A DNA stretch of 64,000 bases from Candidatus Bathyarchaeota archaeon (GCA_963771885.1 CAVYVF010000023.1:768001-832000); one strand, 5' to 3'. Positions 1 to 11,077 are shown, numbered from the stretch's first letter. Notes: generated by a model not told the origin, from the sequence alone. A program made the numbers and translations.

Positions 1-327
1 GGTCGGGTCCTCTGGCACTGGCACACTGGTACGATGACGAGGAGGAGCCCGACGCTCACTGACCAGATCAACGAGGCCTTCGTCGAGATAAACGAGCGCG
101 ACGCGGAGAGGCTCGGCGTTGGTTACGGTGACGTGGTCAGGGTGGCGAGCAGGAGGGGCGAGATCACCCTCAAGGCGCGCGTAACCCCTGGGATTCTGGA
201 GGGCGTCGTCTTCATACCCTTCCATTTCCACGAGGCGCCGGCTAACGTCCTCACAAACAATGCGGTGGACGCTGAGTCTAAGATACCCGAATACAAGGCC
301 TGCGCCGTGCGCGTCACGAAGGCTTAG
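1..327 (+). CDS. Formate dehydrogenase alpha-like molybdopterin enzyme, C-terminal dinucleotide-binding domain (5' end outside window)
   Basis: Frame 1 is open from base 1: GRVLWHWHTGTMTRRS...VEINERDAERLG...N.LT...D..SKIPEYKACAV, the typical FdhF/FdhA C-terminus. Confidence 0.85.
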   Translation, partial: GRVLWHWHTGTMTRRSPTLTDQINEAFVEINERDAERLGVGYGDVVRVASRRGEITLKARVTPGILEGVVFIPFHFHEAPANVLTNNAVDAESKIPEYKACAVRVTKA

Positions 328-329
328 TG

Positions 330-2063
330 TCACCAGCCGAGGGCGTAGCCGTCGCCCGTCCTCGGGCTCGCGCCCCCGTACTTCACCCCCGTGTGTGGGT
401 CGAAGCGGATTGCGAGGCACCTGCCGTGGCTCCACGGCTTGTCCACGATGACCTTGTGCCCCCTCCCGCTGAGCCCCGCGAGGACGTCGTCTGGTACACC
501 AGGCTCTGCCCTCAGCTCACCGGGGCGCACCATCTTCGGCCAGAAGGTACCTATGAAGTGATTCGTGTGGATGGTGGGCTTGTCGAGTGCGAGTTGGACG
601 TCCATGCCGAAGTCGACATAGTTTATGAAGAACTGGCTCGTCCACTGATCCTGCCCGTCCCCACCCGGGGTGCCGTAGACCATGTAGGGCTCCCCCTCTT
701 TCATTACGAGGCTAGGCGTCAGCGTGATGCGTGGCTTCTTCCCCGGCACAAGGCTGTTGGGGTGCCCCTCATCGAGGTTGAACTGCTGGCCGCGGGTGCC
801 CATGGGGAAGCCGAGCCCGGGAACGAGTGGGCTCGTCCTTATCCAGCCCCCGCTCGGCGTCGCCGAGATCATGTTCCCCATCGGGTCGACTGCCTCGAGG
901 TGCACCGTGTCGCCCTCGAATCCCCCCTTCAGCGTCGTCGCCACGAGCTCCACGGGTTCCGCCCTCCCCGGCCTCAGCAGCATGTTCGCCTCCTTTGGGT
1001 CGATGAGTTCCCTCCGCTCGTCGGCGTAGCTCTTTGAGAGAAGCATGTCGAGGGGCACGTCTGCGAAGTCCGGGTCCCCGTAGTAGTGCTCCCTGTCCGC
1101 GAAGGTGAGCTTCGCTGCCTCGGTCCACGTGTGCAGGTAGTCGACGGAGTTGTGCCCCATCTCAGCTAGGTCGAAGCCCTCCAGTAGGTTGTAGAGCTCC
1201 AGCTGGGCGGGGCCCTGCGTCCATGGGCCGCACTTGTAGACGTCGAGGCCGCGGTAGTTGCTGGTTATTGGCTTCTCGATGCGTGCCTCGTAGTCTGCGA
1301 AGTCCTCGAGGGTGATTAGGCCAGTGTTCTCCTTGCCGTAGACGTCGCGGCAGCGGAACGTGCTGGTGAAGCCGACTATCTTCTCGGCTATCGGCCCCCT
1401 GTAGAAGTGGTCGCGGCACGCTGTCAGCGCGGCGCTTCTTCCGACCCGCCGCTCACTCTTCTCGAGCTCGGCGACCTCCCTGAGAGTCCTCGCCCAGTCG
1501 GGGTTCCTGAAGACCTGCCCGACGACGGGTGGCTTCCCATCTGGGAGATAGATGGCTGCTGTCGTAGGCCACTCCCTGGCGAAGCGCTCCTGGGACGCGT
1601 TGATGCTCCTCACCATCGTTGGCTGGATTGGGTAGCCGTCCGCGGCGATGGCGATGCTGGGCTCCAGGCACTCGGCGAGGCTGAATGTGCCGTAGAGATC
1701 GAGTGCCATGAGCCATGCGTCGTATGCGCCGGGGACGACGGCGGGGGTGAAGCCGTCTTCGGGGATGAGGTCGTAGCCGTTGTCTCGGAACCAGCCTATC
1801 GAGGCGGCCTTCGGCGCGGGGCCGGAGCCGTTTATGGCGAGGACGGCCTCCTCATCTGCGAGGTAGATGAGGATAGGTACCTCGCCGGCGACGCCGACAA
1901 GGTCAGGCTTAGTCAGGGTAAGCGCGAACCACATGCTCACCGCGGCGTCGACGACGTTTCCGCCCCGCTTCAGGGCGTGGTGCCCTATCTCGGTGGCGAG
2001 GTAGTGGCTCGACGTGACCATCCCGTTCGTCCCCATGACGACGGGGCGGGTTGTGAAGGACAT
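330..2063 (-). CDS. ggt: Gamma-glutamyltransferase family protein
   Basis: GGNVVDAAV, catalytic Thr in GDTVHLEAVD, PGKKPRITLTP, GTPGGDGQ. Confidence 0.9.
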   Translation of the reverse strand: MSFTTRPVVMGTNGMVTSSHYLATEIGHHALKRGGNVVDAAVSMWFALTLTKPDLVGVAGEVPILIYLADEEAVLAINGSGPAPKAASIGWFRDNGYDLIPEDGFTPAVVPGAYDAWLMALDLYGTFSLAECLEPSIAIAADGYPIQPTMVRSINASQERFAREWPTTAAIYLPDGKPPVVGQVFRNPDWARTLREVAELEKSERRVGRSAALTACRDHFYRGPIAEKIVGFTSTFRCRDVYGKENTGLITLEDFADYEARIEKPITSNYRGLDVYKCGPWTQGPAQLELYNLLEGFDLAEMGHNSVDYLHTWTEAAKLTFADREHYYGDPDFADVPLDMLLSKSYADERRELIDPKEANMLLRPGRAEPVELVATTLKGGFEGDTVHLEAVDPMGNMISATPSGGWIRTSPLVPGLGFPMGTRGQQFNLDEGHPNSLVPGKKPRITLTPSLVMKEGEPYMVYGTPGGDGQDQWTSQFFINYVDFGMDVQLALDKPTIHTNHFIGTFWPKMVRPGELRAEPGVPDDVLAGLSGRGHKVIVDKPWSHGRCLAIRFDPHTGVKYGGASPRTGDGYALGW

Positions 2064-2158
2064 GGTTGAATTATCCCCCCGAGGTATTTAGAATATCCAG
2101 TAGGGAGAGTTTTTATTCACCGTAATTCACTACCCCCGCCGATCGAAGGCGCGCGATT

Positions 2159-3367
2159 TTGGGATTACGGAGTAGGATAGCCGACAGGCTCTCGCCGACG
2201 AAGATGTCAGCAGTATACTGGGAGCTCATCGTCGTCGGCTTCGCAATCATGATGGGGATGAGCCTCCCCGCCAGCTTCCTTCCCATACTCGCGAACAGTC
2301 TCGACCCCTCGGGAGTCCTCGTCGGCCTCGTCGTCTCGGCATGGTTCCTCAGCAGGATATTCCTGGAGCTACCTGCGGGGATCATCAGCGACAGGCTAGG
2401 CAGGAGGAGACTACTCATCTTCGGCATAGGCCTGAGCTGCCTCGGCCCCATACTCTGCAGCCAGGCGAATAACATCTGGCTTCTGATAATTGGGAGGGGC
2501 ATCTGGGGTATGGGTACCGCGTTCTACTTCATGAGCAACACGGCGCTCCTCATGGACATCCTCCCCTCCAATACGCGTGGCCAGGCCCTCGGCCTCTTTC
2601 AGGGCATCGAGTTCGTTGGCAGCTTCATCGGTGCCCCAATCGGAGCTTTCCTCTCTATCTACATGAGCTTTAACCAGGTCTTCTACTTCACCCTCCTCCT
2701 CACCCTCGCCTCCCTCATTATCGCTTGGAAGTCGAGCGGCATGCGCGACTCCGATGTGAAAGAGGTGAAGAAGGAGCGGACCCCCCTCCGCGAGGTAGTT
2801 AAGATGATTGGCAACCGGGGCATACTCATCGTCTGCCTCAGCACCCTGCTCCGAATGTTCATCATGCAGGGCATATTCCAGACTATATTCCAGCTCTACC
2901 TCAACCAGAGCCTTGGCTTCGCCGTCTCCGTGATTGGGCTCATCCTCAGTGCTAGGATAGCGGGGCAGATAATCTCCCTCGTCTCCGCGGGGATACTCTC
3001 CGACAGGGTGGGGAGGATACCCGTCCTCATCGCCGGCTTCGTGATCACCGCCGTGACCCTTCTCGGCTTCACGCTGACGAATAACTTCGCCTTCCTCGTC
3101 ATCATAGGCTTCGTCGAGGGCTTGGGAGAGGGCTTTGGCATGACGACTCTCATCGCCTTGCTCACCGACATAACCCCGCCGCCCGTGAGGGGGGGTGTAG
3201 TCGGCCTCTATAGGACGTTCCAGGACATCGGCGGCTTCTCAGGGCCAATACTCTTCATGATATTCTACGGCACCCTGGGTCCCGCCTCCGCCTTCTACAT
3301 AGCGATCGTCGCGAATGTGGTGAATATCGCCCTACTCATGATGTTCAAGGCGCCCACGAAGAACTAG
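2159..3367 (+). CDS. MFS transporter
   Basis: About 12 hydrophobic segments; MFS motif A twice (GIISDRLGRR, GILSDRVGR). Confidence 0.9.
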   Translation: MGLRSRIADRLSPTKMSAVYWELIVVGFAIMMGMSLPASFLPILANSLDPSGVLVGLVVSAWFLSRIFLELPAGIISDRLGRRRLLIFGIGLSCLGPILCSQANNIWLLIIGRGIWGMGTAFYFMSNTALLMDILPSNTRGQALGLFQGIEFVGSFIGAPIGAFLSIYMSFNQVFYFTLLLTLASLIIAWKSSGMRDSDVKEVKKERTPLREVVKMIGNRGILIVCLSTLLRMFIMQGIFQTIFQLYLNQSLGFAVSVIGLILSARIAGQIISLVSAGILSDRVGRIPVLIAGFVITAVTLLGFTLTNNFAFLVIIGFVEGLGEGFGMTTLIALLTDITPPPVRGGVVGLYRTFQDIGGFSGPILFMIFYGTLGPASAFYIAIVANVVNIALLMMFKAPTKN

Positions 3368-3558
3368 CGTTGGAACTTGGGTATCCATGCTCTGACGAGT
3401 ACGACTATGGCCAGGCAAATCATGAAGACGGTGGCGATGTTTATGATGTGTAGAACCTCGGGCTGGACGTAGAAGGTGTCTATCTGTCGGCGTATGAGGA
3501 CCGTCATGGCGAAGGCGAAGAGGGCGATGGCGGTAGTTCTGAACCTGTCCGCGAGCAT
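3364..3558 (-). CDS. Small two-TM hypothetical membrane protein
   Basis: MLADRFRTT... with two hydrophobic helices; ATG at 3558 preferred over the upstream start. Confidence 0.6.
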   Translation of the reverse strand: MLADRFRTTAIALFAFAMTVLIRRQIDTFYVQPEVLHIINIATVFMICLAIVVLVRAWIPKFQR

Positions 3559-3635
3559 AATGGGGGATTCACCCGCGCCGGGGTTTAACCGTTCCCCTCC
3601 CAAGCGTTAAAGGCTCCACGGGAGCTTGTATCTCC

Positions 3636-4139
3636 ATGGCGAAGACATACCACATGCGCCGCGCTGACAAGGAGATCAAGGATAAGGCTAAACTCGCGAG
3701 GATACTCAAGGAGACGAAGTTCGTCACCCTTGCCCTGGCGAACGGCAACGAGCCCTATATTGTGACCCTAAGCCACTACTACGACGAGAAGGCGGGCTGC
3801 CTATATTTCCACAGCGCCCCAGAGGGGAAGAAGCTCGACTACATGCGCGCCAACCCCATCGTCTGGGGGCAGGCGCTCATAGACTATGGCTACTACGAGG
3901 GGAAGTGCACCCACAAGTTCGTGACAGCTGTCTTCAGGGGTCACATTGAGTGGGTTGAGTCGCTTGACGAGAAGAAGCACGCTATGAGGGGTATGATAGA
4001 GCGGCTGGAGCCCGATCCCGCCCCACATGTGAAGAGACTGCTAGGGGTTGAGAACGATGACGCCCTCGCCAAGACCGTCATGGGCAAGATCGTTGTAGAG
4101 GAACTCGTCGGCAAGAAGCACTCCGATGTGACTTTCTAG
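3636..4139 (+). CDS. Pyridoxamine 5'-phosphate oxidase-like / NimA family flavin-binding protein
   Basis: MRRADKEI, EPYIVTL, LYFHSAPEGKKLD...NP.V. Confidence 0.85.
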   Translation: MAKTYHMRRADKEIKDKAKLARILKETKFVTLALANGNEPYIVTLSHYYDEKAGCLYFHSAPEGKKLDYMRANPIVWGQALIDYGYYEGKCTHKFVTAVFRGHIEWVESLDEKKHAMRGMIERLEPDPAPHVKRLLGVENDDALAKTVMGKIVVEELVGKKHSDVTF

Positions 4140-4198
4140 CCTATTTAGGTAACATTATAAACCCGCCTACTTTTCTCAGGACTAAGGAGAATCACCGT

Positions 4199-4735
4199 AT
4201 GGCTAACTGTGTGAAGTGTGGTGCGGAGCTTCAGGAAGGTGCAGTGTTCTGCCAGAAGTGTGGTACACCCGTCGCCGCGGTCCCGACAGCGGCACCTATG
4301 GGCGAGAGGGTGATAAACCTCGCAGGGTGGGGCGATAGGATACTCGCCTACATAATCGACATGGTCCTCGCCGGGATAGTCCTCGGCATACTCAGGGCCA
4401 TAATCTTCCTACCCAGCTGGGCCTTGGGTGACATGATGGGCGTGCCAAACTACGTCCCATGGAGCAACTGGGGCTTCGATAACCTGTTCTGGTTCGCCTA
4501 CTTCCTCTTCATGGACCTCACATATGGGCAGAGCATCGGCAAGATGGTGATGAAGATCAGGGTGACGAATATGGACGGTGGTCCTATCGACATTACTCAG
4601 GCAGCCATCGAGGCCTTCGGCAAGGCATTCTTGCTACCCCTCGACGTGATTCTGGGCTGGATCTTCACGAACCAGAGGAGCCAGCGCATCTTCGCGTTCT
4701 TGGCTAAGACGCTTGTCGTGAAGAATAAGGAGTAG
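4199..4735 (+). CDS. RDD family membrane protein with N-terminal zinc ribbon
   Basis: CVKCG...FCQKCG; RILAYIID; GQSIGKMVMKIRV; QRI. Confidence 0.85.
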   Translation: MANCVKCGAELQEGAVFCQKCGTPVAAVPTAAPMGERVINLAGWGDRILAYIIDMVLAGIVLGILRAIIFLPSWALGDMMGVPNYVPWSNWGFDNLFWFAYFLFMDLTYGQSIGKMVMKIRVTNMDGGPIDITQAAIEAFGKAFLLPLDVILGWIFTNQRSQRIFAFLAKTLVVKNKE

Positions 4736-4816
4736 CCGCCATCAGGTCCCGAAGGGGCCTACCAGTTTCCTGATGAGCATCTTTATAATTCCCTCAACCT
4801 TCTAAAGATAATCTCG

Positions 4817-5629
4817 ATGTCCCGTAAACCGGGTGAGGTAGCGGAGGTCATCTGCTCCCTGTACGAGGGGAAGACTAGGATCCCCTTGGCTAAGGTGTTT
4901 GTTCTCGCCATCCTCGCGGGGGCGTATGTCGGCTTCGGCAGCTATCTATACATGCTGGTGACTAGCGATTCGTCCGCTTACGTCGGGCGGGGGCTCTCCA
5001 CGATGATCGGAGGAGTCGTATTCTCCCTCGGGCTCATACTCATCATCCTCGGCGGAGGTGAACTGTTCACGGGAAACGGGTTGATCACGACTGCCTGCCT
5101 CTCGGGGAAGGCGCGGGTTGTTGACCTCGTGAAGAATTGGGTCATCGTCTACTTGGGTAACTTTGTTGGCTCGATACTTCTCGCTGGCCTCATCTTCGCC
5201 GCGGGAAGCTACCTCGTCTTCGACGGTTCAGTTGCTGCCCGCACGCTACAGGTCGCAACGTCGAAGGCCAATCTCGGTTTCAGTGACGCCCTGTTTAGGG
5301 GGATACTCTGTAACTGGCTAGTCTGTCTGGCAGTGTGGATAGCCGCTTCGGCTGAGGATACGACGGGGAAGATACTCGCCATGATCTTCCCAGTATCTGC
5401 CTTCGTCGCCATGGGGTTCGAGCATAGCGTCGCGAACATGTTCATGATCCCCTTCGGCATGATGATAGGCGGCGACCCTGCCCTCGTTGCGAAGGCGGGA
5501 GTCGACATGGTGAACATGAATGTGGCGGGTTTAGTTGGTAACTTGATCCCTGTAACCATCGGAAACATAATCGGCGGCGCCTTCTTCGTCGCGACCGCAT
5601 ACTGGTACGTCTACCTCAGAAAGCAGTAG
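4817..5629 (+). CDS. Formate/nitrite transporter (FNT, FdhC-like)
   Basis: ELFTGN, GILCNWLVCLAVW, GFEHSVANM, VTIGNIIGG. Confidence 0.93.
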   Translation: MSRKPGEVAEVICSLYEGKTRIPLAKVFVLAILAGAYVGFGSYLYMLVTSDSSAYVGRGLSTMIGGVVFSLGLILIILGGGELFTGNGLITTACLSGKARVVDLVKNWVIVYLGNFVGSILLAGLIFAAGSYLVFDGSVAARTLQVATSKANLGFSDALFRGILCNWLVCLAVWIAASAEDTTGKILAMIFPVSAFVAMGFEHSVANMFMIPFGMMIGGDPALVAKAGVDMVNMNVAGLVGNLIPVTIGNIIGGAFFVATAYWYVYLRKQ

Positions 5630-5722
5630 CTGTTCATTTTTTATCTCAAAAATATTCCTATATCGAATCGCCTTATTCCCGGTACTAGAGACGTTTTTAT
5701 CTATGGGGCCTTCCCAACGGCT

Positions 5723-6355
5723 GTGCCTTCGCGGGAAAGTATCACAGAAGCCATCGTTAACATGGATGAGTCCGCGGCCTTGCGCCTAGTAGAGGAGAAA
5801 CTGGCGTCGGGCGCTGACCCAGTTGATGTCCTTGAGGAGTGCCGCCGGGGCATGTTCGCCGTCGGCGAGCGTTTCGAAAAGGGTGAGATGTACCTCTCCG
5901 AGTTATTCATGGCTTCGGAGATGTTCAACCAGATCACAGCGAGGGTGAAGCCGCTCCTAGGGAAGGCCGAGCTGAAGCGGGGCAAGATAGTGATTGGCAC
6001 GGTGGAGGGCGATGTCCACGACATCGGGAAGAACATCTTCACAAGCCTCCTCGAGGCTGAGGGATTCGAGGTCGTCGATCTAGGCGTCGACGTGCCCCCC
6101 TCACGATTCGTCGAGGCGATCCGCGAGCATTGCCCCGAGATAGTCGGCATGAGCAGCCTCCTCAGCACATCCCTCGACGCTGTGAAGAGGACAGTCGACG
6201 CCATTGAGGAGGCGGGGCTAAGGGGTAAGGTGAGAATCATAGTCGGCGGGGGTAGGATTGACGAGCAGGCCGCCGAGTACATAGTTCCTGACGCGTTCAC
6301 GGACAACGCCTCACAGGGTGTCAAGCGGTGCCGGGTGCTCATAGGGGAGGAATAA
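5723..6355 (+). CDS. Corrinoid (cobalamin-binding) methyltransferase protein
   Basis: Cap domain, then GTVEGDVHDIGKN (DxHxxG) and VDLGVDVPP. Confidence 0.92.
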   Translation: MPSRESITEAIVNMDESAALRLVEEKLASGADPVDVLEECRRGMFAVGERFEKGEMYLSELFMASEMFNQITARVKPLLGKAELKRGKIVIGTVEGDVHDIGKNIFTSLLEAEGFEVVDLGVDVPPSRFVEAIREHCPEIVGMSSLLSTSLDAVKRTVDAIEEAGLRGKVRIIVGGGRIDEQAAEYIVPDAFTDNASQGVKRCRVLIGEE

Positions 6356-6357
6356 AC

Positions 6358-7578
6358 GTGGACAATGCGGAGCTGTTCAAGCAGCGCAGGGAGCGCATGA
6401 GGCGCGCTATTGATCTGAAGGAGCCCGACAGGGTTCCGCTCATTGAGAGCCATGGCTACTTCGCCGCTCGCAACGCGGGGATAACGAGCCAGGAGTTCCT
6501 CTTCGACTACGCCAAAGCGGGGGCTGCCTCTGTGAAGGCTGCTGTAGACTATGGGTACGACACGGCGAGCGGCATGAACAGCCTCGGCGCGCTTCCCCTC
6601 ACTCTTGCCTTCGTCGGCGAGGGCGATGGGATCATGCCGGGGTGGATCAATGGCCCCGTACATGATATACTCGGGTGCCGGTACGCGAGGTTCCCCGGGA
6701 GGGAGCTCCCCGTCGACTCGCCCTTCCAGTTCATAGGCGAGGAGTACATGAAGGCTGAGGAGTACCCTGCACTCATCGACAACCCGAAGAAATACATCGC
6801 CGAGGTGCTCCTGCCCCGCTCCATGAGGGCACTTGAGAAGCCGGGCTCAGCCCATGCGATGGCTGCCCTGCACCGGTGGGGTGTCGAGTGCAGGAGGGGG
6901 GCCGAGGCGGGCGCCAAGCTGAGGGGTGAACTCAACGGGCTCGGGTTCCCAGGCTTCACCGAGGGCATGTCATACGCCCCACTCGACTTCATCGGCGACT
7001 TCGCCCGCGACATTAAGCACACACTCCTCGACTGCTACCGTAGGCCCGACGAGGTGAAGCAGGCGGCGGAGGCGCTCAAGGGGGTCATAATCGAGATGGG
7101 GCGGATAATGGCGAAGACCTCGTCGCCCGGCGCCGTCGTCTTCATCCCCCTACACCTAAACGAGTACTTCTCCCCCCAGCAGTACGCCGAGTTCTACTGG
7201 CCAACACTCAAGGCGGTCGTCGAGGACCTCGTTAGGCTCGGCTTCACCCCCGAGGTCTTCTACGAGGGGCAGCACGCGATGCACCTGGAGACAATCCTCG
7301 AGCTACCGAAGGGCAGGACGATCTCGCGCTTCGAGAAGACCGACCTCGTCAAGGCGAAGCGCATCATCGGCGACCACTCATGCATAGTGGGAGGCCCGCC
7401 CTCCTCCCTCTTCCTTACAACACCAGCGAAGGTCGACGCCTACGTGAAGGAGCTATTCGCCGAGGTTAAGCAGGGCGGAGGCTTCATGCTGAGCCCCGCC
7501 GTCCCCCTCCCCGCCGAGGCCCGCCCCGAGTGCGTCAAGGCGCTCATGGACGCCGTTAAAAGGTACGGCGCCTACTAG
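6358..7578 (+). CDS. Uroporphyrinogen decarboxylase/MtaA-CmuA superfamily methyltransferase
   Basis: EPDRVP start, SPQQYAEFYWPTLK, GGFMLSP; GTG start after GGAGG. Confidence 0.8.
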   Translation: MDNAELFKQRRERMRRAIDLKEPDRVPLIESHGYFAARNAGITSQEFLFDYAKAGAASVKAAVDYGYDTASGMNSLGALPLTLAFVGEGDGIMPGWINGPVHDILGCRYARFPGRELPVDSPFQFIGEEYMKAEEYPALIDNPKKYIAEVLLPRSMRALEKPGSAHAMAALHRWGVECRRGAEAGAKLRGELNGLGFPGFTEGMSYAPLDFIGDFARDIKHTLLDCYRRPDEVKQAAEALKGVIIEMGRIMAKTSSPGAVVFIPLHLNEYFSPQQYAEFYWPTLKAVVEDLVRLGFTPEVFYEGQHAMHLETILELPKGRTISRFEKTDLVKAKRIIGDHSCIVGGPPSSLFLTTPAKVDAYVKELFAEVKQGGGFMLSPAVPLPAEARPECVKALMDAVKRYGAY

Positions 7579-7601
7579 GGCACAACGCCCCTCCCGACCG
7601 G

Positions 7602-9261
7602 GTGAATGTCTTGAGCCAATTTATCAGGGTCTTCTTTGAACCGCTCGGGCGGAGGGCAGAGGCAAACCCTGGCGAGAGCATACTCGAAGTGGCGCTCCGT
7701 TGCGGTGCTGGGATCCGCGCGGACTGCGGGGGCGCCTGCAGCTGTGGTAAATGTCGAGTCGTTATAGAGAACCAGAATGGACTATCAGCGCCCGACAGCT
7801 CGGAGGCGAGCCTACTAACCCCAGAAGAATTAGCCAGAGGCTACAGGCTCGCATGCACCACCAGGTTCCTAACCAGTGCCCGAAAGGTCACCGTGACCAT
7901 ACCACCTGAGAGCAGGCAGCGGGCGAGGCGATTCGCGGGGAAGGACGCTGAGCGGAGGGTGAAGCTCGACCCAGTCGTAGGACATATGGGCATAACTCAC
8001 ACGGGGCTTACACTCGGGCTTGCCGTCGACATCGGCACATCCAGGATCACGGCGCGCCTCATCGACCTCGTTAATGGAGTAAACATCGCCTCCGAGTCGA
8101 TCGAGAACCCGCAGATCGTCCACGGCGAGAATCTGATAACGCGCGCGTCATACGCTCAGGCGTCGGAACAGAACCTGCTGAGGCTCAGGGCTCTCCTAAT
8201 CGACGGCGTGAACACACTCATCGGGCGCCTAGTTGAGGGGAGAGCCATGCCGGAGGACGTACTCCAGGCTGTGGTCGTCGGTAACACCGTAATGCACCAC
8301 CTTTTCCTCGGCCTCGACACGAGCCGCCTCACGAGGGCTCCCTTCACGCCGATGACAAGGGAGACGGTTTGGCTCATGGGGATCGAGTCACGGCTCGACG
8401 TCAATCCCGCCGGGGTGGTCGTAGTTTTGCCCAACATCGACGCCTTCGTCGGGGCCGACGCGGTGGCGGACATCATCTCGAGCAACCTCCTGAGAAGAGC
8501 GGAGCCTACGCTTCTCGTCGACGTGGGTACAAACACCGAGATAATGCTGCGCGCCGGGGGAGAGACGCTTGCCTGCTCGTGCGCCTCGGGTCCCGCCTTC
8601 GAGGGGGAGCACATAGAATACGGCATGAAGGCCGTCGAGGGTGCCATTGAAAGAGTCAGGATCACCGGCAGCGCCGTCGAGTACAGGAGTCTCGGGGGCG
8701 GGAAGCCCGTGGGCATCTGCGGCTCAGGCATCGTCGACGCCGTCGCTGGGCTCCTCAGAAACAGGGCTCATAACCCCCGTCGGCAGGTTCACCGAGGACG
8801 CCGCTCCCCGGGTAATCCATGTCGGCAACCAGAGAAAATTCGTTATCGCTCCCCGGGCAGAGAGCGGCACCGGCGCTGACATCACCATCTCCGAGAGAGA
8901 CATAAACGAGGTCATACTCGCCAAGGCCGCCATAGCCTCCGCGACGGGTGTCCTCATGGCGATGAAGCGCGTCGAACCGAGCGACCTCAGGCGAGTCCTC
9001 GTCGCCGGCGCATTCGGCGGCCACCTCGACAAGGCGAACGCGAGGGCTATCGGGCTCATCCCCCCCGTAGAGGGCAGGCGCATCGCCTTCCTCGGGAACG
9101 CCGCTCTCGAAGGCGCATCGATGGCGCTCAAGTCGAGGCGCATCATCGACCTAGCCACGCGCATCTCGGTGGAGACGCGCTACGTGGAGCTAGCATCCAA
9201 CCCTGACTTCGACGCTGGCTTCAGGAAAGCCCTCCTACTCGCTGGCGCGAAACGATATTAG
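7602..9261 (+). CDS. ASKHA-type corrinoid reductive activator (RACo/RamA-like) with N-terminal 2Fe-2S domain; frameshift near 8760
   Basis: CGGACSCGKC, DIGTS, DVGTNTE, SCASGPAFEG, GICGSG, then in the second frame LAKAAI, AGAFG, GNAALEGA; one extra A in AGAAAC joins the two ORFs. Confidence 0.88.
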
Positions 9262-9297
9262 CCCCCGGGGCTAAGCAAGACAACTGGGGAGCACAAC

Positions 9298-10428
9298 TTG
9301 AATTCACGCGAGAGAGTCGAAGCTGCACTCGCACACAGGGAGCCCGATAGGCCCCCAGTCGACCTTGGCGGCACGGTCTCGGGCATACACAACGAGGCCT
9401 ACACGAAGCTGGTAGAGGCGCTCGGCCTCCGGCTCATGACTAGGGTCGACCCATGGGACGTGCAGCGGCTCGCAAAGCTCGATGAGGCAGTGCTCGAGAA
9501 GCTCGGCGTCGACTTCCGCCACATCTCCCTTAGGTCTGTGCCCGGCTCCGGCGGGTTAGAGCCGGATGCCTCCGGGAGGCCCTGCTTCGTAGACGAGTGG
9601 GGTATCAAGTGGGGGCGGAACCCGCACTACTATGACATGGTCGCCCATCCGCTGGCGAACGCGTCGATGGAGGACCTAGCGGACTACCCGTGGCCCGACC
9701 CCGGAGACCCGAGGAGGTTCGAGGGGCTCAGGGAAGAGGCGAAGCGTCTCCACCATGGCACCGACTTTGCGGTACAGGCAGATGCCTTCTTCGGAGGCAT
9801 ATATGAGTGCGCGTGGTGGATGAGAGGCTTCTCGGCTTTCACCGTCGACATGTATCGCCACCCTGAGTTCGCCAACCTGCTCCTCGACAAGATACAGGCC
9901 ATCTACCTCGACTTTTACACCCGATATTTAGACGTCGTAGGCCCATACGTGCAGGTCTTCGACTATAATGACGATATTGGGATGCAGACTGGGCCGCTGC
10001 TCTCTCCCGCAGTGTTCCGGCGCTATCTCAAGCCTCGCTACGCGGAGATATTTAGGCTGATTCACTCGAAGTCGAAGGCGAGGATATTCATGCACACATG
10101 CGGAGCCGTGCGCCAGCTCATCCCAGACCTAATCGAGATCGGGCTCGACGTTCTCAACCCTGTCCAGCCTCTCGCGTCGGGCATGGAGATCAGCGGGCTC
10201 AAACGCGACTTCGGCGATAATCTAACGTTCCATGGCGGCGTCGACATTCAGAGACTCTTACCCAATGGGTCGATTGGGGAGGTGGAGACGGAGGTGCGAC
10301 GCATCTGTGAGGTCGGTGGCGCAGGGGGAGGTCTCATACTCGCTGGCGCTCACAATATTCAGGCGGATGTTCCACCTGGAAACATTCTAGCGATGTTCAG
10401 AGCGGTGGGTAGTATGGGGGTTGAGTGA
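9298..10428 (+). CDS. MtaA/CmuA (URO-D superfamily) methyltransferase
   Basis: MNSRERV..AL.HREPDRPP, DEWG, FMHTCG, LNPVQ, GGVDIQ, HNIQADVP. Confidence 0.85.
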   Translation: MNSRERVEAALAHREPDRPPVDLGGTVSGIHNEAYTKLVEALGLRLMTRVDPWDVQRLAKLDEAVLEKLGVDFRHISLRSVPGSGGLEPDASGRPCFVDEWGIKWGRNPHYYDMVAHPLANASMEDLADYPWPDPGDPRRFEGLREEAKRLHHGTDFAVQADAFFGGIYECAWWMRGFSAFTVDMYRHPEFANLLLDKIQAIYLDFYTRYLDVVGPYVQVFDYNDDIGMQTGPLLSPAVFRRYLKPRYAEIFRLIHSKSKARIFMHTCGAVRQLIPDLIEIGLDVLNPVQPLASGMEISGLKRDFGDNLTFHGGVDIQRLLPNGSIGEVETEVRRICEVGGAGGGLILAGAHNIQADVPPGNILAMFRAVGSMGVE

Positions 10429-11077
10429 CCTGGACAAGGCACAGATTCTGGATGAGATCTCCCGAGCCGTCGTCGAGTTTGACGGGGGGAAGGCGGAGAA
10501 GCTCTGCGGCGAGGCTATAGCCATGGGCATCCCGCCCTACGAGGTCATCGTCAAGGGCATGGCCAAGGGTATGGAGCAGGTCAGCAGACTCTACGAGGCG
10601 GGCGACTTCTTCCTATCCGAGCTCGTCATGGCGGGGGAGACTATGAATCAGGCACTCGCCGTAATAGAGCCATGCCTCTCCCGTGAGGGCGGGAAGGCGC
10701 GGGGCACCGTCGTCATCGGTACCGTCCACGGCGACCTGCACGACATCGGCAAGACCATATTCGGGAACCTGCTCCGCGGCGCCGGCTTCAGAGTCGTCGA
10801 CCTCGGCTTCGATGTCTCGCCGAAGGCCTTCGCAGACGAGGTCGAGAAGACGCGCCCAGACATCCTCGGTATGTCAGCCCTCATCACGACGACGATGATC
10901 AGCATGGAGGAGACCATCAGGGAGCTGAGGCGAAGAGGGCTTATGGACGGAGTCAAGGTGATCATTGGCGGCGCCGCGGTTGACGCCGACTACGCTGCGA
11001 GGATAGGAGCAGACGCTGCAGCGAGGGATGCCATCGAGGGGGTCGCTATCTGCAGCGGCTGGACGAAGTCACGATGA
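10421..11077 (+). CDS. Corrinoid (cobalamin-binding) methyltransferase protein, second copy
   Basis: GTVHGDLHDIGK, VDLGFDV, GMSALITTT, IIGGAAV. Confidence 0.92.
   Translation: MSDLDKAQILDEISRAVVEFDGGKAEKLCGEAIAMGIPPYEVIVKGMAKGMEQVSRLYEAGDFFLSELVMAGETMNQALAVIEPCLSREGGKARGTVVIGTVHGDLHDIGKTIFGNLLRGAGFRVVDLGFDVSPKAFADEVEKTRPDILGMSALITTTMISMEETIRELRRRGLMDGVKVIIGGAAVDADYAARIGADAAARDAIEGVAICSGWTKSR

Noticed and set aside
4738..4780. Hammerhead ribozyme or fluoride riboswitch (CTGATGA, alternative hairpins)
   Set aside because: No GAAA core or pseudoknot partner, and it lies upstream of the FNT gene's TATA box; probably a 3' hairpin of the RDD gene.
5701..6663. Long antisense ORFs (also 327..1037, 14443..15291, 56840..57720 and others)
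   Set aside because: GC-rich shadow frames opposite well-supported genes.
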